This document shows, one piece after another, positions 1 through 13,700 of a DNA stretch of 64,000 nt. Source of the stretch: Azolla caroliniana (taxonomy: Eukaryota; Plantae; Polypodiophyta). The position numbers were made by a program, and so were the translations under genes. Under the pieces are notes generated by a model. The model was not told the origin of the DNA and ran no database searches. It worked only from the letters and a program-made list of their open reading frames with translations. The stretch covers positions 10,044,001-10,108,000 of the forward strand of contig JBHGNT010000005.1 in NCBI GenBank assembly GCA_043228905.1, given 5' to 3'. Each line of letters begins with the position of its first letter. Positions within the stretch are counted from its first letter, which is position 1.

Positions 1-3000
1 CCTCGCCTCTACATGATGACTTTTCTTTTTCTTTTTCTTTTTTTTTTTCAAATTGAGTTTTAGTTAACCGGAAGCACCGGGTCTGTATCCTGGTTTTTCC
101 CCATCTTCATGTTTGCCGGTCACCTGTTTGTCGTTATCCGGTAACGCCGGCTCTGCCTGACTGTCGGGTACTTTTTTTTGCTTCCTACTGTTGTATCAAC
201 CTCCGTCTGCTCGAACGGATTCTGTGGCATCGGTCCACAATATGGTTTGAGTCGGAACCCATTTGCCCATTATCTCACCGGCGAGCGTTCCGAGCTGGTA
301 TGAACCGTTCAATTCCCGTGTTATCCAATATGGTCCGGTCCACCGGAATCGTAGCTTTCCCAACATCTGACCCATCCGGGTCTGGAACACCAGTACCGTC
401 TTGCCGATCCCGAACATCTTCTCATTGCCCTTCCAGTGCCGATCGACAAATGCCTTTCTTCGTCGTTGCTCTAGTTCCAACTGCATGAGACTTGTTATCC
501 GACGCTCCTCGAGTTCGCATAATGCGGCAAACCGGACTTTTTCTGATTCCTTTTCACTTAGTCATTCTCTAACCTGTATCCGCAAACTCGGAACCTGAAA
601 TTCGATTGGCATTACTGCTTCAAGCCCAAATGCTAACCGGAACGGTGTTGACCGGATACTCGTTTTGTTTGTCGTCCGGTATGCGCATAGTGCACTATGT
701 AGCTTGGTATCCCAATCAGTTTGGTTTTCATTGACGATCTTTCGTAGGATGTTTTGGAGTGTTTTGTTCGTGGATTCGGCCAGTCCCTTGGTTTGTGGAT
801 AATAAGGGGTACTACGCTTGTGTACCACTGCATAGAATGTTGTTAAGCTCTCCAGTACTTGGTCGTTGATTAACTCGATCGGGCATCCATACCGGCACCA
901 GATGTACTCGTATAAGAACTTTGTCGTTGATGCCGCAGTGTTGTCCCGCAAAGCCTTGGCTTCTAGCCACTTGGTTCTCATTGCGGGAGGTTTAAATGAC
1001 CCAACGAAATCCAACCCCCATTTCTAAAAGGGTTCAAAGGGTAGCACCGGCTGGTGAGGCATCCTTGCCTGTTATGTTGGTTGGCCCATCCGCTAACATA
1101 AATCACAGACTTTCACGTACTGAACCGAGTCCTTTAGTGTCGTCGGCCCCCATAGCCCGTTGTGCCATATCTTTCTTGCCGTAGCGTCCCCGGCATAGTG
1201 CCCTCTGGCAACGCCACAGTGCGCTTCTCATAATATTGTGTCCTTTTCGTTGCTTCGCACTGCTCGCCGCCATATGCCATCCACGCCTTTGTGGTACAGG
1301 GTGTCCTGTAGTAGACAAAAATGTCGGCTTTGCACGGCTAACTGCTTCTGCTCATCCCGGTTCATCTCCTCTGGTGGGAGTCCCGCGCTTAGGAATTGAT
1401 GCATGTTGGTTAGCCATTTGTCTTCGTCGACTACCGTGCTATCAGCTGCCATTTTTACTGTTACTTTAAACAACTCGACATCCGGGAACTCATCCAGATT
1501 CCATCACCGGTCTCGCCGGAATCTAACCGGCTCAGATAATCGGCAACCGCATGATGTATTCCCGGCCGATGATATATTTCGAACTCAAACTCTTGTAGCA
1601 ACAATGTCCATCAGGCCAGCTTGCCGTTGAGCGATGCCTTTGAGACTAAATATAATAGCGTTGAGTGGTTGACATGAAATGAAAATTTCTTTCCCAATAA
1701 ATAGTGCCTGAACTTGGTAACACTGTAAATCATCCCTAAGGCTTCTCTTTCCATTGTTGAATAATTTCGTTCTGCCTAGGATAGTTTCTGGCTAGCATAG
1801 TAGACCGGTCGGTACCCATTCGGTTCCGTCCGTTGCATTATTGCGCTGCCGATTGCTATGTCGGACGCATTAATGAACACGTGGAATTCTCTTGACCAGT
1901 CCGGTGGTTGCACCACCGGTGCTTGTGATAGCAGTACTTTCAGTGCCCGGTAAGCTTCCTCCGTATTTGTCCATTGGAACGGTGTCCAGTGAACCACAAG
2001 ATGCAATGGTGTAGCAAGATTGGCCAAATATGAACCGGTATGGCGTCGTCCCCAATCCCTAAGTTCACTTCCTCTAACTAGGATGCTTTCACACGTTAGG
2101 ATACCGTCATCTCCCTCTCCAGAGCTTCCTGTGCTTGCCATAATTCACTGATAGCTTCCTGATCTAGTTCCTCGACGGCATCGTCCGATTGCATTCAATA
2201 TGGTGACACCACCTCCACCACAACGATTTCAAATAGGGGTACAATTTTTGGGTTTTCTTCTAAGTATTGGTCAACCTCTTCGTCTGCAAGCCCCTCGAGC
2301 ATGTTTACACCTTCCGCATATAGCGGTGTTAGCTCCTTGCTGGTACTGGCTCGAGGGTGGTTAGGTACCCTTACTTTTGTCTTCCCTCATCGGAAGGTAA
2401 TCATGTTTTTCCGCCAATTTTGTTTGATATGCGCCATTTTTAGCCATGGGCGGCCCAACAACAGCGGGTAAGCCCCTTGCACATTGAGTTGGAGAACCAC
2501 CGCTGAAATGCGGAATGCGTGACCTCTGATGGTTACGTCTAGATCCCATATCAAACCGGTAGGTCTTACCGAACTTGTATTCGCCATCCGGAGCAAGAAC
2601 GGGCAAGGCTCCCATTCCTGGATTCCCAGGGTATTACAAGTCCGTAGACTGATCACGTTCACACCTAATCCTCCATCCACAATCGTCCCTGGTAGTTCTC
2701 GTCCTTTGACGATGGCGATGATTGTCGGACTGTTCGTGTCTACCACTATTGGCCCTTCTTCCGGATTTGAGAAGAACGCAGGAGCCGATAACGACATTGA
2801 TGTGGTCAGTCCTGATTTCAGCCCTTACATAAACCGGGGCACTAGCTGTAATAACCGACCCAATGGCAACGTAATCTGACAATCTTGTAATGCTTGCCAT
2901 GTTGGGTTTTCTGGCTTAATCGTGTCGGTGGCCTCTTCCGGTTTCTCCTTTTGTTGTTCAAGCTCGGGCACATTTTGCTCATTTTCCTTCTTCACCCACT

Positions 3001-4770
3001 CGGTGGCTTGCTTTCGGATTGCCTCCTGTGTTTCCCACTCCATTGTTTTGCCTTATGCCCTGGTGGTGACTTGTTGTATATCGGCGACTTCTGCTACCAC
3101 CATATTTACGGCTGGTCTTTTCTTGTAGCTTTTGACCGGACATTGATTACTGTAATGTCCTTCTTGGCGGCAATAGTAGCAATACGCTTTACGGGTGTTG
3201 CTGGATTCAGCGTTCGCTCCGGTACCCGGTTGAGGCCCTATTAGTGGTCGGTTGGGTACTTGGCCTTGGTCCGGTTGGGTACTTGGCGTGCCCTTGTCCG
3301 GCTGCCACTGGCGGTCCTCCTTTCTAGCGTTCCATTTTTTGTTGAAGCGTTTTTTGTTCCGGTAACCCTGTCGGGGCTGGTTTTCATAGTTGCCTTGATC
3401 CTCCCTCTGTTGGTTGTAAGAGGGGGAGTGATCCCGGTTGTATCGCTCGTATCGTTGACCGTTGTAATCCCGGTAGCTATCCTGCCGGTCTCGGTCATGC
3501 GCGTTGTTTCTATCGTCGTTCCAGATATCTTGCGCCGGCCGGTAACGCTCATCTCGCCGCCAGTGTTCTTCTTCCTCCTCCCGGTTGCTCTAGGGTTCAA
3601 TTTTCCTTACCGGTGCCACTTGCTGGTTGAGCAAGTTATATTTGCATCGATCCATTGTGTGCGTCCTGGAATGGCATAACATGCATTGTGTCCGCGTGGT
3701 ACATTCTATTGCCAAGTGCCCGACATTAAGACAAGTCGTACATTGTATAACTTGCCGAAAACGTAGATTGTCTTCTATTGGTAATGTACGCTGGAGTGCC
3801 CCCATTGTTAGGCACGAGCTTGTTTTCTCCATCTTCCTGACCTGTTCTATGACTTGGTCGATCATGCTAGTGCGGAAATCGATCACTGTGCACACCGTAC
3901 GCAGGGGTTCCCTGAGTGCGGCTAGGAATATTTCTTTCGCCACTGCCTCCGGTGGTGCTCGATTGAGCTGACTGTGCATTCACTGGAACCACATTACGAA
4001 TTGCTAAATGGTTTTTGTAGGTTCTTGCCGTATGGTGTAGAATGGGCCGACCATCTCCCGTTAATCCACCTCCTTGTTTTTAAGGTTGCCCATGGAGTGA
4101 CTTTGCGGCCACTCGCCTGATTACTTTGGAAAATGACAGATCCGCACGGATCTCTTCTACCGCCTGTTGGAAAGCCTCTCGCTTTCGCAATCATTCGGCA
4201 AGTCTTCTTTCTCGCTCTGTAACCGGGTCATTTGTTGGTCTAGTCATCCATGCCCGCCGTTGTTCGTTGCGTTTGTGCATGAATCGTGGTCGCCAAAAAC
4301 TGTGTTATCGCTAGGGCCGGACAATGGCCTAACATAGGGTGTCCCTTTGAGACACTTCACCAAAGGGGTGTTGCGGTGGTAAAGTTAGACCGACTATTAA
4401 TGGAACCCTGATTGGTTACTAAACAACGAGATCATTAGTCACAATACATGTGTAGGATAAATCACACTTAGCAAAGAATGGTAAGTAACACTGATTAAAA
4501 TATAGAACAACAACACTCTATTAATTATCCACCAATGATTACAATCTAGTCGGGCCCTTTTATAGGTCTCCGGCTTTAGGTATAAACCGGTGCCAACCGG
4601 CAACAGGCTACGAACCGGTTCGGATCCCGGTCGGCATACCGAGTCCGTGTCCGTCCGTTTGCTTCTCAAAATCATAATAATTCTATATTATAACATTATA
4701 ACGAATCAACTCCCGGTTATTAATTATCCCCCTTTTCCCATTCTAGACTTCCCTTGCCGGCCAGCTAACA
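1..4770 (-). mobile_element. Ty3/Gypsy LTR retrotransposon, degenerate, RT core apparently deleted; 3' end lies outside the window
   Basis: Gag with CCHC-like knuckles (3590-3979); protease IVDGGLGVN (2387-2797); RNase H FINASDIAIG..RPVYYASQKLS (about 1640-2030); integrase STPYYPQTKGLAESTNK and GPY/F motif RWTGPY (196-1014). No RT motifs between protease and RNase H. Confidence 0.9.
4303..4770 (-). repeat. 5' LTR of the Gypsy element with tRNA-Arg-type PBS
   Basis: Ends TGTTA..TAACA; adjacent minus-strand PBS TGGCGACCACG (4285-4295) fits the 3' end of plant tRNA-Arg(UCG). Confidence 0.75.
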
Positions 4771-5482
4771 ACACACACCCCAACAAAATGGAGTAGCCAT
4801 AAGGAAAAATCGGCAAATAGTCGAGGTAGCACGGGCCATGTTACATGAAAAGCACGCGGCATCCATGGTCGTCTATCTCATGAACCGATGCACCACTAAT
4901 GGAGTCCATGAGCTAACTCCCTATGGGCTCCTTGTCGGAAGGAAGCCGATCTTGTTGCACCTCAAGGTGTTTGGAAGCATTGTGAATGTACACATCCTGA
5001 ACGAAAGTCGACAGAAGCCCGACGCGAAGTCGGAGGAATGTATCCTCATAGGATACTCGTCCGAGAGGAAGGCATACAAGTGGTACAACCCTTCTACCCG
5101 AGAGGTTCGGGTAAGCCGAGACGTAATCTTTGACGAGTCCGCATCTTGGTATGCACCAGAGACAACTTCAACTCCAACTCTGCCGAACAAGAGGTAGAAG
5201 ATGGAGATCGCTTCGAACACATGTTCAAAGAAAGTGTAATTACGGCAAGGCCTAGTGGGCCACAAGAGCCCCCACGTGACCGAAGCATGTCGCGGCCTAG
5301 TATGAACTTGGACAAAGCCAAAGGTAAGATGCCCGAATACGAAGTCGACCAGCACAACGACAATGATTCAGATGGTTCAGCTCCCTCACTAGACAGTGAG
5401 TTCGGTGTACCCATCATGCACACACCGAGAGCAAAGAAGGCGCTCACATCGGCGAGCGAAAAACTTCGACGGTCATCTAGAA
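4771..5482 (+). mobile_element. Copia (family A) integrase fragment
   Basis: HTPQQNG..YLMNRCTTNGVHELTPY..SRDVIFDES; closely similar to about 53540-54290. Confidence 0.88.
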
Positions 5483-8400
5483 AATTATCTGTGTTCTCTT
5501 CCCAGATTGCTCATGAACCGGCTTACCACTCCGATGGCATATCCAATATCCAGCCAGGTACACACCATTGTGTACATTAAGCTTCCCACGGCAGAGGCAT
5601 ATGGTACTTTCATCATCTCCGACTTCTCTGTCTTCGTCTTCGGGCTCTGTTTTCGGGACAATTTGCAATTTTCCGGAAGTGTCGATCCGACCGACTTCGC
5701 ATCCACCATATTGAACCGTTGGAGCACCTTTGTCACGTACTTCTCTTGTGACAGCCACAATATTTTCCTCATCCGGTCCCGGACTATGTGCATCCCCAAT
5801 ATTTGTCTTGCCAGACCCAGATCTTTCATTGAGAAAGTATGGTTAAGGCCTTCTTCAAATTTCCGATTTTGATCCAGTTCAGTCCAGCGATCAGCATGTC
5901 GTCTAAGTACAGCAACGGTATTAGGATGTCTCCTCTGTTGAACTTCTTCACAAATACGCAGTGATCGGTCTATGTCTTGTGGTATCCTTGGTCTGTCATT
6001 AAGGAGTCGAACTTTTGGTACCATTGCCACATAGCTTGCTTAAGTCTGTATAACCTCTTCTTCAACCGGCAAACCAGGTGCTCCTTCCCTTTCTTAACAA
6101 ATCCCTCTAGTTATTGCAAGTAGATCTCTTCTTCGAGATCACCATGCAGGAACGTCGTCTTGACATTGAATTGATCTACCTCGAGGTCTATTCTTGCCGC
6201 TATGCTCAACACAGCCCGTATGGATGTCATCTTCACTACCAGGACAAAGATCTCATCGAAGTCCACTCCTTTCTTCTGCCGGAAGCCCTTCACCATAATG
6301 CAGGCCTTATACCTTGGTGGATTTTCGGACTCTCCCGGTTGCAACTTGTACACCCACTTGTTCTGGAGCGCTCTCTTTTCCTTCGGCAGCTTCGTCAATT
6401 CGTATGTCTGGTTCTCATGTAGGGAATCCATCTCATCCTACATGGCACTTAACCACTTGCGGCAATGGATGTCTTTCTTTGCTACTACGAAGCTTTCTAG
6501 CTCCCCATCGTCGGTCAATTAGACATGCTCTGCATCCGGAAATCTTTGGGGGGCTTTTCTCTCTTAGAGTGTTAGAGTGATGCACTAATATAAGCATATG
6601 ATAAGGATAAAAGATATATGAAATAAGAAAGGAGAGAGAGAAAGAAGGGTGTCGATCCACCCGACCACCCCCGAGCGAAGGGATCAAGACGAACTCAAGC
6701 CTCGATCGGTGTCCCATACCACCGTCGTGGCTTCGAGTCATACCTGGTGCTGGCACACTCGCTACAAGAGTTGCCCCACCATGAAATAGAGTCTCAACGT
6801 AGTCAAGAGATGATCAAATGAGGGTAGCTAGGCCTCATATTTATAGCAATACCCGAGGCCCCCAGGCAAGTTCACACTTGGCCTAAAGGGTTGTCTCAAT
6901 CCCGAGGATTAGAAGTAATCCTCCCCTTCTTTACTCTCTCATTTAACCCTCACATTTATCCACGTGTATAGAATACTACGGTAAATTCTAACCATGGGAG
7001 ATTATATGGTCATGCCCGTAACATAGAGAGTATCTCAATCCTTGGTTTCTGATCACTGGTTCTTCCGTCTGTTCTTCATCCGAATCCAATTCGGATCTTG
7101 ACCGGTTCCGGTGTTCGATTCTTCTTCTTCTTCGGTCAATTCGGTTTATTGTCCAAATCCAGCCGGTTCTTCGAGTGTCATCCGGCTCCCGGCTGGATGA
7201 GTCCCTATATTTTCGGACCAATCTTTGTTGGTCGACCCGGTGTCCACTTTCTTCTTCTCCAACTCCCAGTCGGCAATGTTCTTTTCTTCCATGAAGACTA
7301 TCTCTGAACTCCAGAAGACCTTCTTGTCGACCAAGTCCCATACTCGATAACTGAACTCATCATCACCATATCCCAGGACTTCGTATCCAACTTTGCTCTC
7401 TTATCCTTTGCAACATGCATGTAAGTGAGACAACTGAACACCTTTAGATGCTGGTAAGACACTTCTTTACTAGTACATACTCTCTATGTTTCTCCGTCCA
7501 AGAATGTTGAGGGTGATCTATTTATCACATATGTCATTGTCATCAACGCCTCTGCCCAAAACGTCTTGGATGACTTGGTATGTGCTAGCATACTCCAGAC
7601 TCTCTCCATCACCATCCGGTTCATCCTTTCAGTTAATCGTTAAGCTTCGGTGTCTTTGGCACAGTAATCTCAACCAGATTCCCTTTGACCTGTAATACTC
7701 CGCGAACTGCCCCTGGTATTCTCCTCCGTTGTCTCCTCAAACCACCTTCACCTTTCAGACGATTTCCCTTTCCACCCTCATGTCGAATCCCTTGAAGACG
7801 GATAATACCTAGTCCTTCGTCTTCCGCAGTGAGACCCACAACTTTTGGTTGTGGTCGTCTATGAACGTCACGAAGTACTGTGATCTGGCATATGACTTTG
7901 TGTCCACTTGGCATACATCGGTATGCACAAGTTCCAGCGGTGCATTCCGTTGCGACAGTGGTCTCGACATGAAGGAGGTTCGGTTTTTCTTGCTGGCCAA
8001 GCAGTCGGTGCATTTCTCAAGCTGCACGTCTTTTACCTTCGGAATGAGGTTATCCTCAGCGAGTTTACAAATCCCTTTCTGGATCATGTGACACAAACTC
8101 ATATGCCATACCTCACCGGCAATGTCGGATGCCACATTCACTTCTTACCGGCATATACGGGCATGCGTCAGGTACAATGTGTTGATCTTTCGGGCTCGAG
8201 CCACGATCAGGCTTCCTTTGCAAAACTTCATGACTCCGTTCCAGATGCTACCCGTGTAGCCTTCATCATCTAGCTAATCGGCTGATATCAGTTCAACCGA
8301 ACCTCCGGAACGTGTTGTACATCTCTCAACGGAAACTTGTACCTGGCTGATGTTGTCAACCACATCTCCTATGCCTACAATTCAGCATGCACCTTCATTT

Positions 8401-9911
8401 CCCATCTGGACAAAACCGTTATCTCTGGCTCTGTAAGATGAGAAGCACTTCTGGTCAGGGGTCAAATGGAACGATGGTCTGGGGTCGACTACCCACGTCG
8501 TTTCATCACTGACAAGATATAGCTTGTTTTCATCGGTGATGGGAAACAACTCTTCTTCACTTGTCGCGATTGTTGACATTCCTCTCCTTTCTGAAATCTT
8601 CTTCGATTCCGGAATGTCGACTCCCCCTTTGGTTTTCCGGAAGTGTCGACAATTCTTCTAGAAGTGCCTCGACTTTCCATAATAAAAGCAAGAGGATCTC
8701 CCCCTTGACTTCGACCTTGTCCCCGATTTGTCCTAGTTTTGGGAATTCTGATTCCTACCTCTTCCCTAGTTATGGTCATCTTCTGTAACCAAGGCCTTCG
8801 AATCGGTTCCGGAATCCCGGTCCTTCCGGCGAGCTTCTTCATCCAACAAGCTTGATTTTACCCTTGCTAGGGACAATTGTTTTCCTTCCGTCCCGGTGTT
8901 GCGGAAAGTGACAACTAACATCTCCAACTATTCGAGAGGGAAGTGAGCAATAGCAATGCAAGTACCTCATCGGCTAGAGGTACTTCGAACGACGTTGTTT
9001 GGTTTATCAGCCCCTAGAATGCATTCATGTGCTCTGCCATGTTGCATCTGTCTTGGTATCAGAGTCTCACCAACATCCGGAATACTGAAACCCGATTTAC
9101 GGCGTTCTTGCTGTTCAGCATGGTATTGATTTTCTGTAAAGAACATGAGCCTTACTTCCTTCATTGAAGTTGTTGTACAAACTCATGTAGATGAAGCATC
9201 TTATGTATGCCTTCATTTTCATGTGCATCGCCTCCTAGGTCGCAACATTGATCTTGTCCAGCTTCTTGTCTCCAAACTGTATCGGCAACTAGAGATCTTT
9301 AAGCACTAGCATCTCCCTCATCTTCAACTTCCACACTAGGTAGTTGGAGTCGGTGAGCTTGAACATGCTACCAAATGATTCTTCCATTTCATGTTTGCTC
9401 TAATACTAGATTGTGCGGAATAGTGCTCAGCCACAACCAAGTCTTAAACACTCAATGGAAAAAAACAGAATAATAAGACAGACACACGTGGAAAACCCTA
9501 ATAGGGAAAAAGCACGAGAGCCCACAGACTCCAACTATCACTATGAGAGGGAGATTACAATGCAAGACTCAGAGGCAACGAACTCGAGCTCTATATCTTC
9601 ATCAACCGACGGTTACAACAGAAACAAGTTCTGTATCTCTCTCGCTCCCTCTATCTCTATCTATCTCTGTACAATGATAACAACAACAACATTACTACAC
9701 ACGCAAAGTGTTTGCCCTAAGTCATATTTATACTTATATGACTTAAGGACTATTTACAAATATGGCCATGACAGGCACACTAGAAACATATTCACAGATA
9801 TGTCTGTGGATCCAATCAGATACAATCCAGATCCATCCGGTCTGGTTCCTTCCTTCGGCTCGTCCGACCTGTCTCATCTGGATCCCATTCGGAGGGACTG
9901 AATTCCCAACA
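5483..9911 (-). mobile_element. Ty1/Copia (family B, Tnt1-like) element, 3'-truncated, many stops and frameshifts
   Basis: Gag start near 9387, protease WVVD, integrase LELVHTDVC..YFVTFIDD, RT KWVYK..FLHGDLEEEIY; degenerate Met-i PBS 9397-9408; 5' LTR 9412-9911. Confidence 0.9.
6570..7023. mobile_element. Solo LTR inserted in the Copia element
   Basis: TGTTA..TAACA ends, 5-bp TSD TAGAG (6565-6569 / 7024-7028). Confidence 0.9.
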
Positions 9912-10295
9912 AATTGTTGACACGAATGAAGACGTCCCATGAAAAAATAGGTTGTTTAATGACCAAGCCAAAATCAATAGAGTGTGGTGAACCAGTCAGA
10001 ATCGGCCACACTAGTGTCTTTGAAAAAGTGTTGGAGCAGTTGCACCAATCCACCATTGGATTGTGTGTCTCCAACCAAGATAGCCCTAAAACAATCAGAT
10101 GTTGGGGGGTTGCAATGAGGTAGAACGCTAGTACCTCTTGGTGGGGCTTGACTTGAGGTGCCAATGCGATGGTGACTTCTATAACCACCCCCAAAGAGAG
10201 AACCCGACCATCGATCGCTTCAACAAATATGGGTTGTGATGTGTGAACAATGGGGATATTATGTCCTCAGACAAATGAGACATCAATCAAACAAG
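9912..10295 (-). pseudogene. Chromovirus-type Gypsy protease fragment (continues at 42269)
   Basis: IVLGLSWLETHNPMVDW motif; joins ALLDSGAS at about 42275-42300 across TSD ACAAG. Confidence 0.85.
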
Positions 10296-10756
10296 TGTAG
10301 AGAATCACGTGGAATATTGCTCGGCCACAACCGAGTCTTAAATCACAGAAATGGGAACTAAGAAAAAAAGAAGGTGAACACAGAAATGACACAGGATGTT
10401 TACGTTGAAAACCCTAATAGGGAAAAACCACGGGAGCCCACAGACTCTGAACTATCACTATGAAGAGAGTAAATACAAAGTGGAGGCATAGAGGCGACAA
10501 CCTCTTGCTCGCAATCTTCACTAGGCGGCGGTTACAACAAAGAGTGCTCATAGCTACTCTCACACTCTCTCTCACTCTCTATATGTCTCTATACAACAAT
10601 TACAACAAAATGACAACACACATAAAGTGATTGCTCTAAGTCATATTTATACTTATATGAACTTACGGCTATTTACAAATATAGCCTCAATAGGCTTACT
10701 CGAAACATAATTACAGATATGTCTCTCTTTCCGGTTCTCACCGGGTCTCCTCCGGT

Positions 10757-13700
10757 TGTTAAGAGTCTATTACTAATCAATAGACCAAAGTAAAGTAAAA
10801 GAAGGAATATATAATGGATAGAAGAACCCGTTCCACCCGACCACCCTCGAGCTATGATCTAGACATAGCCAACCTACCTCCGGCATCCCATACCGCCGGA
10901 TATTAGGATGACTAATACCTTGGAAGAGATAAACACGATCGTCGAGACGAAAGGCTAGCCCGCACCACCGGTGTCTAAGATAGCAGCCTTCCGACGTAAT
11001 GTGATTATGAGGGTAGCTAAGACTCATATTTATACCTTTTCCTATGCCCCTTGAATAGATGTGCCTTTCTAAAAGGCTCTCCATTCATTGGCTGTCCAAA
11101 TCATGATAGTGCATGCACTTATCATTCCTTCTATCCAATCATTAGTCTCCTTTTTAACATTAGTGAACGTGCCCTTCACTAATGTAAATATTGGTGACCT
11201 ACCCTCACCAACGTTATGTGTACATAACATACTCCCCTACTTCAAAAGATTGCACTCTTGCAATATAAAGTGAGGAAATTGTGCCTTAAGAGTATGGTCA
11301 CGTTCCCATGTGGCATCATCAATAGGTTTATCAATCCATTTGATCTTGAATAGCCGAATCTCTTTAGAACGTAAACGTTTAGTACGAGCATCAAGAATTC
11401 ATTCAAGAACATGAGGTTTGTAAGAAAAATCATCTAATGTTACAAGATCTTGGATTGTGATGGTGTTATCACCAAAGCCTAAAAATGGTTTTAGACAACT
11501 AAGGTGAAAAACAGGATGAATACCAACGTTACGGGGTAAGGCAAGGTGATAAACAGATGACCTAACCCGCTTAAGGATTTCAAATGGGTCACAATATCGT
11601 GGGGTTAACTTAGCGCACTTGCCCGTAGACAATGATGTAGAGTCAGTAGGGACACGCAAAAAACTTTTTGACCAATAGTAAATGCACGAGGACGTCTATC
11701 TTGATCACATAGAAAGAGTTGTCACGCAACTTTTGCAAAACAAATCGAACATGTTGAACATGATCTTGCAAGGTACGGCAATATATCAAAATATCATCCA
11801 AGAAGACGACAACAAAATCACCGAGTTGATCTTGGAAAACGTCATTCATCCCATGTTGGAATGTGGCTAGAGCATTAGTCAACCCGAAAGGCATGACTAA
11901 AAACTCATAATGGCCATAACGCGTACAAAAAACGGTTTTAGGAATATCATCCTCGGCAATACGAATTTGATGATAACCTGTCCGTAAGTCAATTTTCGTA
12001 AAATATCAGGGCCCATGCAAACGATCAATCAAATCATTGGCACAAGGTAACGGATATGCATTTTTAATTGTCATTTTATTCAAACGGCAATAATTGATAC
12101 ACATTTGCCATGAACCTTCCTTCTTCTTAACTAATAGAATTGGCGCACCCCAAGGTGATTTACAATACCTAATGTGGCCCATACTCAAGTATTCCTTAAG
12201 TTGTTTAGCGATCTCATCCTCTTCTAATCGACTAAGTCGGTAAGGTGGAATGCTCAAAGAAGCAGCACCAGGAATGAGTTCAATTTGATGGTCCACATTA
12301 CGTTTTGGTGGTAAAGTAAGTGGTAATTCGTTAGGAAACATGTCTCGAAAATCGTCTAAAATAGAGTTGATTAATCATTGTTCATAATGTGGTAATTGTG
12401 TGGCGTCCATATTAAAATAATAAAATTGAAGCACAGGATCAATTACACACGAATAAATGAATGAACTTGAATACTCACTTAAAGATTTAGAAGACACAAT
12501 TGAACGAGAAGGAAGTTTGGAACATTGAATTAAATGTTTAGAATTATTAAGTTCAAATGTGATTGAGTGATTAACTGAATCAATGGACAAAGAAGGGTTT
12601 TTATTAAAAAACCAAGGGTATCCTAAAATGACATCTGCAGATTGTAGTTTCATAACGTGAAAGTCAAGCTTCTCCAAATAGGTATCTATGTGAATTGGCA
12701 GTTGACAAACAATGCCACTCATGTATTGAACACTGCCATTTGCCATGTGAACTTGATAGATATGATCACTTGTGTTTATGTGGAGTTCCATTTGCTGCAC
12801 AAAGTGATCATTAAGAAAATTGTGAGAACTACCGGAATCAAACAAGAAATGTGTTTGTGTTCCATTGATATGTAACCCGACTGCTCGGAGTAAATCATTA
12901 GGTCCAAGTAATTGTGAAGGAAAAGCGCATTCACATGAACTTAAGTGGTTGTTATGAACTTTAACAACATCAAAAGACTCACCTGTGTGACTTGTAGATT
13001 TGTCTTGAGGAGGGGTGTTCATTGACTTCCTCTCAAGACGACGATAGGTATCCTTTGTGTGGCCCCGTTCCTTGCAATATGCACAAATGGGTTAGGTTTC
13101 TTGGAGTCGCGGTCAAGAGTGTCATTGGATTGCTTACGTTTCCCAATGAACTTGACATTTGGAGTTTTGGCGAACTCAGGTTTATTGTGGTCTTTCTTGG
13201 AAGTCCTATGGTACCGAAGCACAATGTTGATAGCAAAAAGCAAGCAACAAACCATTTCTCACCCGTAAGTTCTGATTTTTGGATCTAGGTCCGAGCATGA
13301 TGCACATAATCCTCAAGAGAAGTAAATGGCTTACTCGACAACGTGAGCAAGTGTTGCGCTTGTTCAGTTTGAGAAGATGGCTGCAAAAATTGTTTCTTAA
13401 AAACATCCACGAAACCTTCCCAAGTTGTGGGTAAGTTCTTTGCAGTCCTTAGGCCGCACCACCAAGCAGCAGCTCGGCCACCTAACTCACGACGTAACCA
13501 ATTTTTACAGCATCGGGCTTGGGGTGGAGCTCAAAGTGAGACTCCCAACAACCAAGCCAAGTGCTAATGGCCTCCTCGGTTCTTTCTTTCTTATCTCCCT
13601 TGAATGACGTTACTATGAAAGAAGGCTCACCTTCTTTCTTGGACTCAATAGTCAATTCTTGGAATTTCGTTTCCAATGCCATATTGGCCTGCCTCATTTT